Source: Candidatus Hydrogenedens sp.
Lineage (GTDB): Bacteria > Hydrogenedentota > Hydrogenedentia > Hydrogenedentales > Hydrogenedentaceae
Length of the DNA stretch: 64,000 bases
Assembly (NCBI GenBank): GCA_049968235.1
Contig: JBMFRC010000007.1
Location: 98,153 to 162,152, forward strand
Direction of reading: 5' to 3'
Made by a program: the position numbers and the translations under genes
Part shown: one piece after another, positions 62,987 to 64,000 of the stretch
How the letters are laid out: each line of letters begins with the position of its first letter
How positions within the stretch are numbered: position 1 is the stretch's first letter
The notes under the pieces: model-generated
Databases searched by the model: none
Seen by the model: the letters and a program-made list of their open reading frames with translations, nothing else
Told to the model about the DNA's origin: nothing

Positions 62987-63792
62987 AAATGGACAGGATA
63001 AAGCACTATAAACTATTTTTATTATTTCTGCTTATATTATCTTTGATTGGCGTATACTTTGTCGTGCGAAAGAATATTTCTGAGAACATAAAACTGAGAG
63101 GATACATTAGAGTTAAGGATACAGATATAGAAAATATGGGTGTAAGAAAAGAAACCTTTAAAGAGATAGTTACTTTGGTCAGAGAAATCACAAACACCAA
63201 AGATTTTTACAAGATGATATCTATGCCTATGAAATTAGACCTTAATGAACCCTCAGAAAGAACATATCATGCAAAAGGAAAAGACTGTATTAAGATTTAT
63301 TTTTTTATTCTTCCACCAAAAAACAACGGATATTATTCCCTATCTGAGGAACCATATATAGAAATACTCTTTGATAAAGATATCGGAAAAATTATTTACA
63401 TGTGTGATTATACAGATTTTTATCGAAAAATAAGTTTATCTGAAGATTCTAATCGAGAAGATGAAAATGGCTACAAGACCCTGATAAATCTTTTACTAAA
63501 CTACTATGGATATAGTCAAGAGCCTCTTGAATACTTTCAAGTAGAAACTCGAAAAATGGCAGGAAAGGTTAAAATTACTATGAAGTTGAGAGAAAATAGT
63601 GAGGAAGGTAATAATGCAAAATTAACGAAGACATTTTATATTATTTTTAATTCAAGATTTAATAAAATACAATATTTTGATGTATTTACATTAAATTATG
63701 GGAACACAGTTTTATGGTCTTACAGTCCAGATGCAAAATACTATGAAAATAGTCCCCTCATGTTACAAATAAAATCTCTTATAGACAATTAG
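62983..63792 (+). CDS. Hypothetical membrane-anchored protein
   Basis: 269 aa. Overlaps the previous stop by 4 nt (ATGA coupling). N-terminal TM LFLLFLLILSLIGVYFVV. Confidence 0.55.
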   Translation: MKMDRIKHYKLFLLFLLILSLIGVYFVVRKNISENIKLRGYIRVKDTDIENMGVRKETFKEIVTLVREITNTKDFYKMISMPMKLDLNEPSERTYHAKGKDCIKIYFFILPPKNNGYYSLSEEPYIEILFDKDIGKIIYMCDYTDFYRKISLSEDSNREDENGYKTLINLLLNYYGYSQEPLEYFQVETRKMAGKVKITMKLRENSEEGNNAKLTKTFYIIFNSRFNKIQYFDVFTLNYGNTVLWSYSPDAKYYENSPLMLQIKSLIDN

Positions 63793-63926
63793 CCCTAATT
63801 TTTATTATAAAGAAATATTCGTTGATAATGTAAAATTACAAGTGGAATTAAATAACACGATACAGAGGTTTTACCACCGGGAATACTTCTATGTAAGCAA
63901 ATAAGAAAAAGAGACGAGTAGTTGTA

Positions 63927-64000
63927 TGAAAGTGCCGAATGTTGGAGATAGACTGAATACCTATATGAACTGGTGAGGTTATCTGGATGAAACTCCGGGG
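63927..64000 (+). repeat. Partial near-identical copy of an internal segment of gene 59322..61252 (truncated by window end)
   Basis: 63935-64000 matches 60586-60651 (ccgGatgttggagatagactgaatacctatatgaactggtgGggttatctggatgaaactccgggg) with 2 mismatches. One mismatch converts TGG (Trp) to TGA within an ORF starting at ATG 63927 (MKVPNVGDRLNTYMNW*). Confidence 0.5.

Noticed and set aside
1-64000. CRISPR array, integrase, transposase or IS element
   Set aside because: No regularly spaced direct repeats and no ORFs with integrase or transposase features were found. The only repeats are an (AT)n microsatellite and the 66-bp partial gene copy at the window end.

Overview
This 64 kb window reads as a low-GC chromosomal segment from a Planctomycetes-like (PVC-type) bacterium. 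The evidence for that placement is abundant DUF1559/prepilin-type proteins with the [14 protein letters not shown] leader, many Sec- or Tat-exported enzymes, and FG-GAP and BNR repeat proteins.

Most of the window is housekeeping or ordinary accessory genes, clustered as follows:
- pdxA, hisS, a PHP-type histidinol-phosphatase, and 5-formyltetrahydrofolate cyclo-ligase;
- trkA-trkH potassium uptake and a moxR-DUF58-transglutaminase module;
- an nrfH-nrfA (pentaheme nitrite reductase) locus preceded by a 4Fe-4S protein;
- a tandem pilin pair separated by an intrinsic terminator;
- an MFS exporter, a bile acid:sodium symporter family protein, aldehyde dehydrogenase, and a Tat-signal DegT aminotransferase;
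- several large secreted hypothetical proteins;
- three tRNAs: initiator Met, Gln-CTG and Glu-CTC.

Two regions stand out.
1. A clear cobalamin riboswitch on the minus strand (about 36240-36410) is hidden under spurious plus-strand ORFs. It sits upstream of an operon that is not a classical B12 target. The operon encodes a 704-aa surface-anchored beta-rich protein whose stop overlaps a DUF1559 pseudopilin-like gene.
2. At the 3' end (57.7-64 kb) lies a compositionally distinct island of five consecutive exported or lipoprotein genes with no recognisable families.
   - It is driven by a perfect TTGACA/TATAAT promoter whose spacer is a 15-T homopolymer, a candidate slipped-strand phase-variation switch.
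   - One lipoprotein carries a caspase-like His...Cys dyad motif.
   - The window ends in a 66-bp near-identical partial copy of an internal segment of that lipoprotein gene, which may be a silent cassette or duplication.

Four apparent frameshifts are each consistent with a single missing base (nrfH, a Tat-signal protein gene at two sites, and the island lipoprotein start). Three sit in homopolymer runs, and the fourth has a plausible homopolymer site. Homopolymer under-calling in the assembly is the likeliest cause, rather than real pseudogenisation. No CRISPR array, integrase or transposase is visible.
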